Part shown: positions 39,801 through 53,729 of the stretch, piece by piece | How positions within the stretch are numbered: position 1 is the stretch's first letter | How the letters are laid out: every line of letters starts with the position of its first letter | Origin: Phoronis australis | Taxonomy: Eukaryota; Animalia; Phoronida | NCBI GenBank assembly: GCA_002633005.1 | Contig: NMRA01000116.1 | Coordinates: forward strand, 786,047 to 850,046 | Direction of reading: 5' to 3' | DNA length: 64,000 bases | Program-made: the position numbers and the translations under genes | The notes under the pieces: model-generated | The model's database searches: none | The model's input: only the letters and a program-made list of their open reading frames with translations | Told to the model about the DNA's origin: nothing

Positions 39801-42800
39801 TCTGAAAAAATCTACAAAAGTTCACAATTACAGATAGCTACCCAATTACCTTAGAGTATTTGTACATGTACCTATTTAACATGAGCCTCAACTTAGCAAG
39901 GGCCCTTTTTATTAACCTAAAAACTAGCAAGATTTTAATGTGAAATTTTGACAACACTCCCTGCATTTACCCTATTGTGGGTTCCAGCTCGAACCAATAC
40001 AGTACATTAAAATGCAGAACCATTACTTCAGCTGTAAGTAAAAATGATTTTAATCATAAATAATTCCAAAAACATTCAATAAATTTGTCAAAAGACTGAC
40101 CCACAAGAGAGGAGGTAAGCGCCTCAGAGGTGGAGTCCAGTACTGGTACACATCATTCAGAACATGGTCATCACAACTCAGAATATCCTCCAGTTCCACA
40201 TCAGTCAAGCCATGTCTACCTGGACAACATAAATGAATGTGTCCTGACTTCTATGTTTACATGAAACTCAGTTGTGTTGCCAAGACACACAAGCAATGAA
40301 AACAACACCAAGCTCTCAAATACCATGGGTTCAAAAATGACATTTTGAACCGAGTGTTTAGTAACATTGTTTCCAAAAGGGAGTTATAATATATTCTCTA
40401 GACATTTACATAACTGTCACATACCTTTGACAAAAAAAGACTTTGAGAAAACTCCATATTACTCGTTTCAATTCAAGGACCTCGACTGTCCTACACCAAA
40501 TACTACAGGGTGTAGCTAAATCTCAGAAAGACAATGACAATAGTCAAGTTATGGTGTCTTTCACCTTATACTGCACACAAAGTCAGCAATGTAACATGGT
40601 TTTCAAAAAAACATTGTACACAAAGAAAACTTCCAGGCTGATTACTACTTTATCAACACTTGTACAAGAACATAAACGTGAAACTTACTAGCAGTAATAT
40701 ACCCTAATGCTCTCTTCACAAATATCTGTCCATGTTGCTTTTCCAACATAGAGAACCACGCTTGAATGGCTTCCTCCACAGTGTACTTCAGTGTACAAAG
40801 ATCAACAGGTGTATAAGATTTCCACTTGACCATCTCACTCAGACACACACTAATGTAGAGCGGGGACAAGCTGTCAACTTTGGAGAATACCTCACGGACA
40901 ACATTCATCTAGAGAGAGTAGAAAGAGTCTGAACACATGTCACTTCACAGCAGGGTGACAAAAGGAGAGCATAGAATAGTCTAAGAACTGTAGGTTGGAA
41001 TAGCTTTTGAGAAATGAGCCTTAAAATTGTTTGATAACATTGTCTGGTACGTTCATCAAGACGCAAATTGCTAATGAGGCCATTTTCCAAAAAAACTGAG
41101 ATTTAACTTCATGGTATCTAACAATTCCACCAATTTTGAAGAGATTGTTTTTTTTTTGAAAATCTGACATTAACTATTTAATTCATTATTAAATGCAGTG
41201 ACAGCAATTTAGCTTGAAAATGACCTTTCTCTCTCACCCATAATCAGAAAAAGGACAACAGTTACTGATATTTGATCAGAAGGTCAAGTTTCAAAGCACA
41301 GTGAAATAGGCCATATAATAGTGTATGTAGTATTTTCACATTTTTGGTAGTGATTCTTCAGTCATATCAGTGGCCTTGTATTAAAGGCCATCAGCCTGTG
41401 GTCACCAGTAAGTGAACTTGGTCACCAAGCAGTGTTAGTACATAGTCACCATTAGAGCATTCATTACTTGGTCACCAGTCATCATATACCTTGATCACCT
41501 GTTAGTGTACTACCTGGTCACCACTCAATGTATTACCTTGTCCCCAGTTAGAGCATTTATTACTTGGTCACCAGTCACCATATAACTTGGTCACAAGTTA
41601 ACGTATTACCTGGTCACCTGTCAGTGTTCTCTGTTGCATGCTCAGGTGACTCTCGACGATTGTATCAACTGTCTTCCTGTCCAACTGCGGCACTTCAATT
41701 AAGTTCGCTGCATCAGTCACTGAAGCCTGGGTAGTGACAAGAATTGTATTATAACACAAAATAATGATGGTCTATGATGTGCATTAAAATGTTCATTAAA
41801 GAGGGCATAAATGACTGTCCAAACTCAACCTACAAATTTTGACACAACTGTAATCTATTATGATCCTAGTTCACTATTACATACAGAGCTACAACAGTTC
41901 AATTTGGTTCCATTTTTAGCCGCAGTTGTTCAGGTCCCTCTGGTTCACTTCCAGAAATTATTTGCTAAAAGTTATCCAGAAATCAGATAAAAAATTGTGT
42001 GCCTTCAGTCCTTAAAAGGAAAAAAAAGCTCTTAGAAGCAACAATGAGAGATTGTACAAACTATCAAAAATAACTTTAAAAACGGGTACCCGCTGCAACC
42101 CTGTAGTTCAGAGCCTCTTAGTTACTTCAGCCACCTTTTTAGACATTCAGTCAAGCTTTAAGCATTGAATAATCAACACTGAATATCATGAGCATGCTCT
42201 GTTCTCAATAACTTTGTTTCTTCTCAACACGACAATTGTTTATGTCACATTGACAGAGGATTGTACAGTTGCTGATGAAAATAAATTAATTGCTGTAATT
42301 TTGATGAGATATCCCATGCATGCCTTGTAGCGTCACCTAAATGTCTTCAATCTTTACAGATACACTTAAATGGTAAGATACCATTGGAAATAGTCCTCCA
42401 AATGAGGATAACCCCACGCTATGACATTATATGTAACACATCAATGAACTCAACCGCTGAAACAAAGTTAGATTTTAAACTCTTCACTGCCAAATGCTCC
42501 TTTTGGTGAGTTGAATGCACTACCAAATGGGCCAACTGGAAATTTGGGTACTATCCCCATCCTTCATTTTTGTAGTATAACCTGAGATAACTACAATTTA
42601 ACGACATCACACCACACGGTGACACTTTTACCAAATCTTGAAGAAAAATAGAATTAAAAATGTTCACGCATTTTTTGAAGAAATGTCTGTTAATCACGTG
42701 TTCTCCTCAAACTATGATTTGTGTAAGGATTTCTAAACTATTCATTATAGATGTTTTGACTTAAATTCAAAATGATTCTGATTATGCATCCAAAGACATA

Positions 42801-45800
42801 ACATTTAAATACCCATGTCCACTTCTTCAATAAGTGTTGATAAGTGTTACAAATTGCACCCCATTTTCTAAGTTTTTTTCAAAACCCAAGTAGCACTTGG
42901 AAACACTCTGTGGTAACAAGAGTAGCATTCCACGCAACTAACTAGCAGTACTTACCTGTAAAACTTGATAACATTGGTATTTCTCATCAGGTAGAGTTGA
43001 CACTATTGCCTTAACATGGGGAGGCAAAATCTTAGGCAGCCAGTTCAGTAATCGCCCATTGTCTACAACACAATAAGAAGATGTAGCGCGATAGTAACTA
43101 ATGTTAGGATACACGCAAGATCAGGGAGTTACAAAAGGAATAACTGCTTTTGTCCAAGTTGAATGCATTGAGTTATCCAGGAGAGATTCCTCAAACCTAT
43201 GAAAAAGTATGGAGCTAAATACAAAAAAATGTACCTGACAGGTCTTCACATGTTCTCCATAATGGGACAGTGGACCAAAAAATTTCGAAACAGCACGGTC
43301 CAGCAGGTCTGTTGAGACAGTCTGCCCATTGAGTAGCAGAAAAACATTAAGATCCTCACTTTTAGCTAATATGTTCTGAGAAAAAGGGCAATAGCCAGGA
43401 AAGAAACGCTACATATGGTTTTATATAATAGATTATAAATACATACTTTTACAGTTCTGAGCAGCCATGCGTCACCTCTCTACATTTGCCAAATCTCATT
43501 ATGAACGTGCAAGGGGTTTAGGAGGTACAGCAGTGAATGCTGGACACCCAGACAGAGATGACATCAATATGCACCCATTTTGCCCAAAAATGTATCCCAG
43601 TAACATGTATATGTGCCCACACATTGGTACATTCAATAAATTGTACACGTAGTTCAACTTACTTTCAGGAGATATTAAGTCGAGAGAATCCAGCACAAGT
43701 ATCATAGGCATCTCCTTTGAAGCAAGACTTAAGTACTCATTCAAAGCAGTGTCAATGTTTTCAATTTTCTGCAATAAACAAAGCAAGCACACTTGACATA
43801 GAGGTTACGCAACACTCCAATAGTATGCATTAACATAATTAACTGATCCAGCCCAAAGCCAATTCACAAACCTAATCAACATGATTACTGTTTAAGAAGA
43901 CAGTCAAGTACTTCACAAACAAGTTCTTATATCACTGACAGTCTAACAGAAAGTTCTTTAATGAGGTACTACCTGAAATTCAATGTCAGGAAAGTTGAGG
44001 CGAATCTGTTTGCAGACCGACTTGACAGCTGCCTTAGCATTAGAGCTTTCTGGAGTAGTGCCAAGAAATCGGAGGAGTAAGATTCCTCTGTCCTTGAGAA
44101 GAGCAGACGCACTTCTGGCTGCTACTGCTGACACAGCACTTTTACCACAGCCAGTCTTTCCCCACAGTACCAGAGGCTGTCTGCTGTCACCTCTCAGATA
44201 CACTTCAATGGCCTACAGGTACAATGTGATCAATATATACATTGGTCAGTAACCGAATAGTTGTCACGGCAATGTGCCACCCATTCAAAGCTACAGTATC
44301 TTCAAGGAAATTTCCAGGAGCAAACATTTGTGAAGATCCGATATGTGACAAGGAATTCTGTGAGAACCTCATTCTTGCTAATATCACCATAATGTTCTAA
44401 ATAAATAAATGTTAGAGTTATGATGAAACTCTGTACATATTAAATAAACCCAACATTTTGAGTTCCTGGTCTTTAAAAAATTGAGCGACACAAGATCGCA
44501 CACTCGAAATGTTGGGTTCTAACCATGCCTTTATATTGACTTATTATGTATATAGTTTATGTAGTCTTGATTTATTTTCAGCACTGATAACAACAATATT
44601 TAACATCAGTATGTCAATTTCATTAACCAGATACATTATATGCAAAAGCACAAACCTCAATAAGGTTCTCTCTTCCTTTGAATGTCTTCAGTTTTGCTCG
44701 ACAAAACTCCACATGCTGTACTATTTCTACATACACGGGGTCTTGAATGGTGGATGCATTTCTTGCCAATATCCCTAACAGATAAACAATACAAGACCAT
44801 AAATACTTACCACAGAGGCAATGACTTTCTAGGACCTGTTTGTTCATTTAGCACTGTTTCCAAATTTGTTTACAGGTCACTCAAAATGTTATACAGTAAT
44901 GCTGTTGAGTGATAAATGGACCATTATGTTCTGAACTGCAATACAAAGCTTTACAATTCTAATAATTTTTGTTTTCGTGACTAATCTGCGCAATAATTAG
45001 TCAACTCTAAAATAGTAATTAAGTCTCACCTGCAAGCATTTTCTCTTTCAATTTCATTTCAAAGTCCATAGCAAACTTTTCAATATATTCAACGTGGGTT
45101 GGATTTTCCATGTTAATACCTGTGAACAGAAGCATTTGTTTAAATTTCATTCCTTATGAAAAGTAACAACTAATGAAAGATGGTCTAATCATGGATACAC
45201 CGAGTTCACTTCTATTTGGGAAATGTATTCGCTAGTGGATGTGCTACTTACAGTTAAACTTCTAGGCTTGTGAATGAGTTGTCGCTAGGTTCAAGTACTG
45301 TCTGGACGCTATTTAAACTAGCGCAACTTACTCCACTTGTGACATAACTCCACCTTATCGATGTGGGGTAACTTGTTCTAGGATAACTTGTGCCACTTGC
45401 AATTGATGTGTGGCCACAAAANATACTCGGGGTCTTGAATGGTGGATGCATTTCTTGCCAATATCCCTAACAGATAAACAATACAAGACCATAAATACTT
45501 ACCACAGAGGCACTGACTTTCTAGGACCTGTTTGTTCATTTAGCACCGTTTCCAAATTTGTTTACAGGTCACTCAAAATGTTATACAGTAATGCTGTTGA
45601 GTGGTAAATGGACCATTATATGTTCTGAACTGCAATACAAAGCTTTACAATTCTAATAATTTTTGTTTTCGTGACTAATCTGCGCATTAATTAGTCAACT
45701 GTCAAATAGTAATTAAGTCTCACCTGCAAGCATTTTCTCTTTCAATTTCATTTCAAAGTCCATAGCAAACTTTTCAATATATTCAACGTGGGTTGGATTT

Positions 45801-48800
45801 TCCATGTTAATACCTGTGAACAGAAGCATTTGTTTAAATTTCATTCCTTAAGAAAAGTAACAACTAATGAAAGACGGTCTAATCATGGATACACCGAGTT
45901 CACTTCTATTTGGGAAATGTATTCGCTAGTGGATGTGCTACTTACAGTTAAACTTCTAGGCTTGTGAATGAGTTGTCGCTAGGTTCAAGTACTGTCTGGA
46001 CGCTATTTAAACTAGCGCAACTTACTCCACTTGTGACATAACTCCACCTTATCGATGTGGGGTAACTTGTTCTAGGATAACTTGTGCCACTTGCAATTGA
46101 TGTGTGGCCACAAAAGTGGGGTAGGGAGGAAGTAATTATCACCTGCGACTTCATACAGATGGATTTTCTCTTGCCCACCATATTGGCATTAGGTGTTCAC
46201 TGTTATTCACAGAGCAACAACTTTCATGTTACTCTAGTTACCAGTTACATGCGTGTGGATGCTCCACGTAAAGTGGGATTAGTTGCACTAGTGCAAGTAG
46301 TTTTAGGGTAGGCTGTGTGTGGACGGGACTATAGAAACGTCTTTAGCAGAGTGCTTTCTGTTAGTCGATATCTCTACCAGCTTTGATGACAATAAAAATG
46401 AGTTTTGCAGACATCTTGTAGATATTTATACAAACATTGATTAATTAGGTCACTTCCTATGATGCATGTTAGGTAATTATTTCAGAGAATTTAACACTTA
46501 TGTTCAGATTGTCAAGTCACGTTTCAAATTAACACCGCTGCATCGTGAGAAATTACAACATTTGGACGGCATGAATAAGTTTTCATTCATCAACGCCTCG
46601 TCTTGTCTGAATATACCAAAACAGTGTTAAATGATCAAGCAGGGGTTTCTTTCTATTCTTGCCACACTAATGAATTCAAGGTTCAATACTGACATCTACC
46701 TTTAGCATCCCATGGAACATCATACTCTATAATATTGTCACAAGTCAGACAGGCTGGAATTCTTCTTTTGCACAAATCTTGTAAAAGGTGACGAACCTCA
46801 GATCTTTCAATAGAATTTGACGCATTATCACTGCAAATAGAAACAGACATTTACTGCACTGATAAAAATTGGCAATTAGCCATGTCAGCCTGGAATCTAG
46901 GTAGACTACGTACAGGGTCACAAGTGGTAGAATATGACAAAAACTTAAAGTTATCTTCTCCTTCATTTCACAAACTTTGTCCTTTCACTGTAATCAAGGA
47001 TGTCACTGACTGTTGGTACATTTAGAGCAAAATCTCGCCAGTTTTGCACAAAACTAATCGCCAAAATTGACATTTTTCATTTTCAATGACTTCTACCATT
47101 GTTCTGCGCGGACAGTCTTTCAAAACATTGTAGACTCGTCTGATAGATATGATGCAGAACTTCCGAACGGTAAATCATTAGTTTGTTTGGACGACTTACT
47201 TTTTATAACAATAAGGCAGAATAATATTCCACTTGATTGGACAAGGAACACATAATTGATGGGTTTTCATGTTAGGAGTCTAAATTTAGAACTTATATTG
47301 TTCGGAAAGCTACCATAAAAAGCATGCTGTCAGCTAGTACGTAGTTTTTACCTATAAGAACAAGCCATTTTGCTGAAGTCATCTTCCTTAAGGCCGATGA
47401 GATTTCTTTTGAACCAGAGACAATTTTGTGATGTATTCTTTGCTTGCATGATGCCGGCATCTATTTCTGCTTCTGTTACTGAAAACAAAAAAAACAAACT
47501 GTATAACTAGCAACATGGACAGACTTTCAGAAGGAAACTTGAAAACTTCCTTCACGAAGAACCATGATGGGGCTCTCGTGATTTTAGCTCAGTTGTTTGG
47601 TGCAATGGGCCAAAACACGAGGCCTGCATACGTCTGATGCACCGCAACTGACATCAGGCCACCTGCATTTTTTAAACTCCCATATCAAAAGTAACCAGTT
47701 ACACACCTGATTTGTAATATTGATGAACCTTTTCTGGGTCAGTGAACACCTGAGAGGCGGCAACGGCCAATACTTTCCTCAACTTGTCTGACAATTTCCA
47801 CCAATTGTCTTGTGCCTGTTGCTTCAGTACTGGGTCTTCTGTGTTGAGATAGTTCGGAAAGTGCTCGGAAATACGACAGAGGGTATACACAGGTGGAATG
47901 GCATTGTTGTCGAGTAGATACCACCTGTAATGGACCACCAATTGATTGTACTTATTATGCCATGCAAGAGACACTACATCTTAAATCTATGTAAGGGCTC
48001 GAGGGACAAATGAAGGAAGAGAATCATACTATCCTGATAGTTTGGTGAGAAAATGGATGCATAACCCATGATCTTGCAAGTGCTCTTAAGTCATAAACAC
48101 TAGCAAAATGGATGCCTCTGAGAGTGAGTGGCTGGTGACTTTATGGTAGGTGATAATACATGGTCGCTCACAAACCACAAGCCAAGCATCACGCACATTG
48201 AGGCACTACTGAACACAAAGCATTAGCTAGTAAATACACTGCCTACAATCAAAACATCTTATTAGACAGCAGATCAGGCAACAGACAGAAAGAATTTGAA
48301 TGTGAATACATCTGATTGACCATCTGATGTTATTCCAATGAGGGATTTTGTTGTTAAGCTCTGGGGTTTGTAACAAGAAAAATGACTAAAGACTTAAGCC
48401 AGCAGTTTGTTCACACAATCACACAGCTATTTTTGAAAAATGATTATTAAACTACACTACAGCAAAAATGAAAATCTCTGAGAATATACACATAACTGCA
48501 AGTTACTGAATTTCTGCACATTATTTCTGGATTGTGATGTGGTCAGAATTAATTGGATAAAACCTTTTTCAGCAATTGTGAATTGGAAGCGTAACACCAA
48601 ACTTCTGTCTTAAGTCTCAAATCATTTTAAAAAAACAGATGCTGAATAGTGAACAAATATGACTGACCAACATTGGAGCACTTCACACGCAATATGTGTT
48701 ACGCAAAGCAAACAAAATTTACTTCTCTGCTAGCTTTTTATTGTCTTCTGACATGGCGCCTGTTAACAATTCAAAATCCTGGACCTCTATGCTGCTTGGC

Positions 48801-51800
48801 AAAAATCTGTTCCCATAGCGACAGGACAGAAATGTCTGCAAAACAAGCAACAGTTATTGAAAACACAATTTAATATGTTAAATTAGAAAGTTAGTCTGCC
48901 CCACATAGGAATCTATCCTGCAGAATCTGCCTTCCAGGCAAGATTTCAACCAACTAACCTGCATCACCTTTGGAAAAGTCATGGTTATCGAGTTTAAGCA
49001 AAACTATATGTGAGTATGCAAATGCACAAAAGTTTCATTTTTTGCAAAACACAACATAAGGTTAATTCTGATAATGATTACATTAACTTTAAGGTAGAAC
49101 CAGCCATAGGCTGACCTAAGCTGCTAACTGGCCTACTGTCAACTTGTATCTGTCCACTGCAGGTTGTCACTAAATACCCTTCCAGAATATGGTCATGCAC
49201 ACCTACGTGGAATTTTGCTCAAACTTCATATTAAATGGTTGCTAATGCCACGATGGTTTAACAAAAAAGTGAAACTTTCACAGAACGCCATTTGTTTAGT
49301 CAAATGTGTATTAACCACACTGTGTGAACATGAAAGCAAAACGAAGGATGCAAAATCACGGTGCGTGAGTGACATTCTTAAGATAAATATTGTGAAATAT
49401 TAAAGACGAGAGTACCACAAAGCACGGTGAGGCAGATATCTGCTGGCAGTATTTGAGTTCCGTGCTGCACAGTTTCCACGTGGTGTGGTCGTCTGACGCA
49501 TTGTCTCTGACCCCCCACCTCATGTCAACTACTTGGAACTCATAGTTGTAATCGCCACAGAACTCCTTCAACTTGGGATAGACACGTTCCAGTAAGACAT
49601 TTCTTTCAGCAGCAGTATCTACAAAGAACAAAGTTCATATTAGGTCTGTTATTATCATAAGTATATATTCAACAATGCTGCACATTGAACACTTATATCT
49701 GCACACACATCATCTGGATATTTAGGCATACGGTAAAAATTCATAATTTGGCACACAAATAATTGCCACATTTCTATTCATTCGGAGGCTTACCACATTG
49801 TTGAAAATGCCCATTATCCAATGCTGTTTGTTAATACCTATGTCATACAAATCATGCTAAAAGCAAAGTAAATTTTCCACGAAAATTGTTTTTGATGAAA
49901 AAATTGGCAAATCGAAATTTCACCTGTCCACCATATTGTCTCTCAAACTGAAGTATTTTTTACCATAATTATCAATTGGGTTTTAAATATAAATGGTTTA
50001 AAGTTATCAAGCCACAGAAAGCATTGTTTCCATGGTAATGCATCTGCATCTGTTTAAAAGAGTTTAAGAGCAGTATCTGTGCAGTGTCGATATTATCTGA
50101 AACAAGACTATAGTTCCTATCAATTTTTGAAAGAGCTGCCACCAAGAAAGAGCATACATGAGAGTCAGTTTCGAAACAAGAATTGAAAAGCACCCAGGGG
50201 GCTCCTTTGATTGTTTTGCTTGTCAGGCTTATATACTGAAAATGTGGGCAACATATTTTCTTAATTTTTGGTCAAATGACTACGGGCTATTAAAATATTT
50301 CTAGTTTATCATTTATCAACCGTGACGTCGCTAGACTTATCTTGCAGAAGTCAAGCTGCTGATAAAATGAAATCTCCCTCAAGCAACAATGTCAAAAGTC
50401 ACTATTAGTATGAGAAAGTCAAACCAATGTGCCAACACGACAAATCCCACATTTGTTTGATATAAAGAAAGCTTGTATGCTCCGATAGAGTAATGAACAA
50501 CTACAATATTTTCCTGTTGCTTCTTGGAATGATGACCCGACCCCCCAATTTGGGGTGGGTTAGGTTGGCTCATGGATGGCATAAGTTATTTTCGGAATCA
50601 CCTTTAGTTCATTTGTGGCTTGGATGGAGATCAAAAGCAATAAGCTTCTAATTTTTTTATTTTGCGATCATCATGCCACCAAATCACCACTGTTGTGAAT
50701 TGGAATATTCAAATGGTTTACAAAAAATTGAATAATGCAAAGCATTCGTCATTTTGTCTTCCTCAACACAGCCCATCTTGCTATAGTGGTCACCTTTAAA
50801 TGTAGAGCTGGTAAAAATGCGTATCACTTTTTCTGTACAATTTTCATCAACAACAAGCTCTCCTCTTGTGACTCTACGAAAGAGATCCTGAAAAAACACA
50901 AACAAAAGTCAAAATTTGAAGTCCAAGCAATACCTGGGTATCAGACTATAGTTTAACATAAAAAGTAACAGTGGGTGACGAATCAAATAGATTAAACCCA
51001 AATATTTCAATAGCATGCCTTCATTGGTAGTTCAATTATATACAATTTACTCAGTTTGTTCAGCAACACATAGGAATAGTGTAGTGTTTCCTTCGCATAA
51101 CGCGAGTTATGATTGGACAGTCTCTGAACATCTGATAACACCATACGAGTCACTGCTGATGTCACAGGGAGACAGTAGAGCATAGTTTTGACCTCATTCT
51201 CTGAATACTCACATAGCGCAGCATACCAAGCAACACTTTTAAAGCAGCACTTGCAATTTAAAGGGGTTCAACACAATTTGCAAAATGCAGTAAAGCATTA
51301 GTTATTTTGCGACATTCTATTTCGAATATATCATTTAGTTTCAAAAGCGTTATTTTGCTTTGGTTTTTGCTTTGGCGTCTAATAATAGCACGACATCAAA
51401 TCTCTCATTAGCCAAACCTGACTGTAGACATAAGGTGTGACTCACTTCAAATGGCAACTCTGAATTTAGAAGATTGAAACTTCAACTAAACTTATTTCAC
51501 AATCCTAACCAAATACAATCACCATCTAGTGGAATGCAGTGGGGTATTTGTGATTTTGAAATCAGCGTGATTTTAAAAGGATCCAATTGTGCAGACACTG
51601 TTTGAGCTCAAGTAGCTCAAATATGAAGTTTGTATTTTCTACTTTTTCTCCTTGGTTGTGCACGTGAAAAGGAACCCACTTCATATGCGTGAATGCAAAC
51701 ATTTATAAGTGAACATCCATTGTGACACCTAGTGACTTCTCATCAAAAATAAACTCAATCTACAAACCACTGTTAATTTATTGAGAATTACCATTGACTC

Positions 51801-52551
51801 TGGTTGCAGTTTTTGGATGTGTATGTTCTGCGAAATGTCAGACGACATTCCTTCTTTTGCCATTTTCATTTTCTTTTTCCTTTTTCTTTCTTCCAGCTGC
51901 AATCATAAAAGATCAAGTACAAGTACAGTATTCTTGACTCAACTCAAAAGCACTATCGTCATGAGTAGCCAGTTCATTCAGTTACTTGAACGAAATTCCT
52001 AAGAAAAACAGAAGTCTTTCTTCAGCCCATAGATATTAAGAGCAGCCTAATGAATTGCTATTCACTTTTTCACTCTTTTGATTGGGTGGCCTACTCAAAT
52101 TGACAACAATAACATGTCCAATTAGCAGTCCCTGAGACTGCACCAAGCTCATTTTGCATTATCGCTTACATGCTCTTTCTCAGCTCACATTATGACAACG
52201 AAAATAAAAACATGATGAGAAATTTAAGCTTAAATAACCACTACAGCAGAAATGCAGACAAACAGTAAGTCATCAGATGCTACATAATAATCCATCTACC
52301 TTTGCTTGTAGCCCCTGCTTGTGTTGGTTTCTGCCCTGTTGAAGCAACAGATGTCTTCGCGCTTCGTTCGACTCATGGAGTGCAACAATTCTTCTCGATT
52401 CTTGCTCATGAGTGACAACGGGTATGTTCTTTGACACGTCATTTTCGCACGGTGTCATGTAACTCCTAACGACTACCTTGCTAGTCAGTGACACAAAATC
52501 TGGTGCAACCTCACCAGATATGATTAGATGTTCAACCCATTGACGATACAT
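24802..52551 (-). CDS. NACHT and WD40-repeat protein (NWD1/NWD2-like STAND NTPase with N-terminal DUF4062-like domain), about 30 exons; start codon and last exon uncertain
   Basis: Spliced peptides VIRIFTSSTFKDTAAERNVLLERVYPKLKEFC...FQVVDMRWGV (50887-49416), WYLLDNNAIPPVY (~47924-47707), Walker A GKTGCGKS (44212-43973), Walker B LVLDSLD (~43768-43661), LNWLPKILPPHVKAIVSTLP, GLTDVELEDILSCDDHVL..YWTPPLRRLPPLLW, NLRKLSELPYHL, then WD-like exons (LELWDI, LTIWDI, VTLWDV) down to 25396. Putative last exon ends at TGA 24802. Confidence 0.88.
24985..25410 (-). repeat. Degenerate tandem array copying an exon end and its donor site
   Basis: About seven variants of TTGTTGAT(A)AG|GTATGTCTGAATCATTG..TGCTGGTC on the minus strand. 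Confidence 0.75.
26414..26506. repeat. Tandem repeat, 3 x 31 bp, made from a MITE terminus
   Basis: AAGTGACTTTTCACAAAACGTGACCCCACAA x3. Confidence 0.9.
27562..27710 (+). mobile_element. Degenerate tRNA-derived SINE
   Basis: GGCAGTGTGGCCTAATGG (A-box-like) followed by a decayed B box GTCGTGAGTTTAGTC. Confidence 0.35.
29704..30546. mobile_element. Second, inverted copy of the 18396-19368 element, interrupted by an N gap
   Basis: Near-identical reverse complement of copy 1; TSD CATTG at 29699-29703 and 30547-30551. Confidence 0.85.
29950..30115. other. Assembly gap
   Basis: Run of N inside a repeated element. Confidence 0.99.
36234..36600 (-). mobile_element. L2/CR1-like 3' tail
   Basis: (AAAT)n tail on the minus strand preceded by a short stem-loop (CAGTGCTATCACTG). 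Confidence 0.45.
39234..39521. repeat. Minisatellite, 7 x 40 bp
   Basis: Unit TGTCTGAATTACACATTGACTGTCAATATTCAGGGAACAG alternating with the variant AGTCTCAACTACAC... Confidence 0.92.
41395..41620. repeat. Degenerate short-period array of TGGTCACCAG
   Basis: About ten GGTCACC-like cores at roughly 20-24-bp spacing, abutting the exon end at 41618. Confidence 0.7.
44731..46115. repeat. Tandem direct duplication 44731-45421 / 45423-46115 around a single N (probable unmerged haplotype overlap)
   Basis: Two ~692-bp copies differing at about ten positions, separated by N at 45422. Confidence 0.9.
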
Positions 52552-53251
52552 CCTGTATCAGCTACAAAGACAAAGAATGTTTCAAAGCCCTACCTGCAGA
52601 GCTTTTTGTTGCTTTTGTGTTTGACTGGATTTCCTATTTATAGAGACTGCTCATTGTCTCTAAGTAGCTCACTTTTTGGTAAAGTACGCCTCACCCTGGC
52701 TAAACCAACCATTTTACAATATGAAGGCTTATGAGATTCATAAAGACTTCTTAGATAGTCATCCTAGAAGTTACAAATAGAAAAAAGGCTCATACCACAG
52801 TGTTTTGGAAAATGTGTCAGAGCATTAGTTACAGGAAACCTTTTGTCCTCAAAATAAGACTAGAATGTGATATTGTCACAGCTGGGAGTAACAGTTTGGA
52901 GTTATGCTCCAGCAACTGCAGTGGAAAATCAGACGAGAGATGTGGTAAACCTGAGAGGGCAGGTGGCATGCTTTATCCGTAGTTGGGAGAGGAGTGTTGT
53001 TACATGTGACTTCTAGTGGGTGTGACATACAGCCAGATAAAGACCCTCTAAATCACTAAACTGAATGCCAAAAGGCAACTGCAATCATGATGGCTTAGTA
53101 TGTTCGATCGGCTGTCACACCTGCAACTTGGGTTCATTAAGTCTCAGCGTTACCGCAATTTTTTTAAAGAAAGTTCTGGTTGTTTTTTATCATAGAATTC
53201 CAGCCCCCCAGTCTAAAGTTTTCTGGTTATTAATGCCTACCTCAGTCAGGG

Positions 53252-53378
53252 CAGGGGCAGATCCAGGATTTTTAAAAGGGGGGTATAAGTCACCAATTTG
53301 GAAATTCTAGATTTGAAATCACTAACTCAAGGAAAAAAGGGGGGTCCAGACTTGCTTGGTCCCCTGGATCCGCCTATC
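53252..53378. mobile_element. Tiny MITE with related termini
   Basis: CAGGGGCAGATCCAGG...CCTGGATCCGCCTATC, flanked by CAGGG / CAGGA (imperfect 5-bp TSD). Confidence 0.55.
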
Positions 53379-53729
53379 CAGGAGTGTTAAAGTAAAGTTT
53401 CTAATATATAAACTGACGATCACATTGCCTAGTTAGTTCACTGTTCACTGAGTATCAGTACTCAAAGAAGTCATAATTGTCTATAGGATACTGATAATGA
53501 GATGTATTGAATGCTCGGACGAATGACTCAATAATCAACAAACAATGACTCAACGGAACTTCACTCTTGGTCTCTTCACTGCACTTCAGACAGTTCAGCC
53601 TGAACTTCACAGGACATTATTAAAAGAGTAAGACGTCAGCCCAATAACTGTCACCGACAGTTGTAAGTGGCAGAAATAGTTTTGAAATATAGTTTCCTCA
53701 TCCATTCGAAGCTGTAATAAATATAACCG

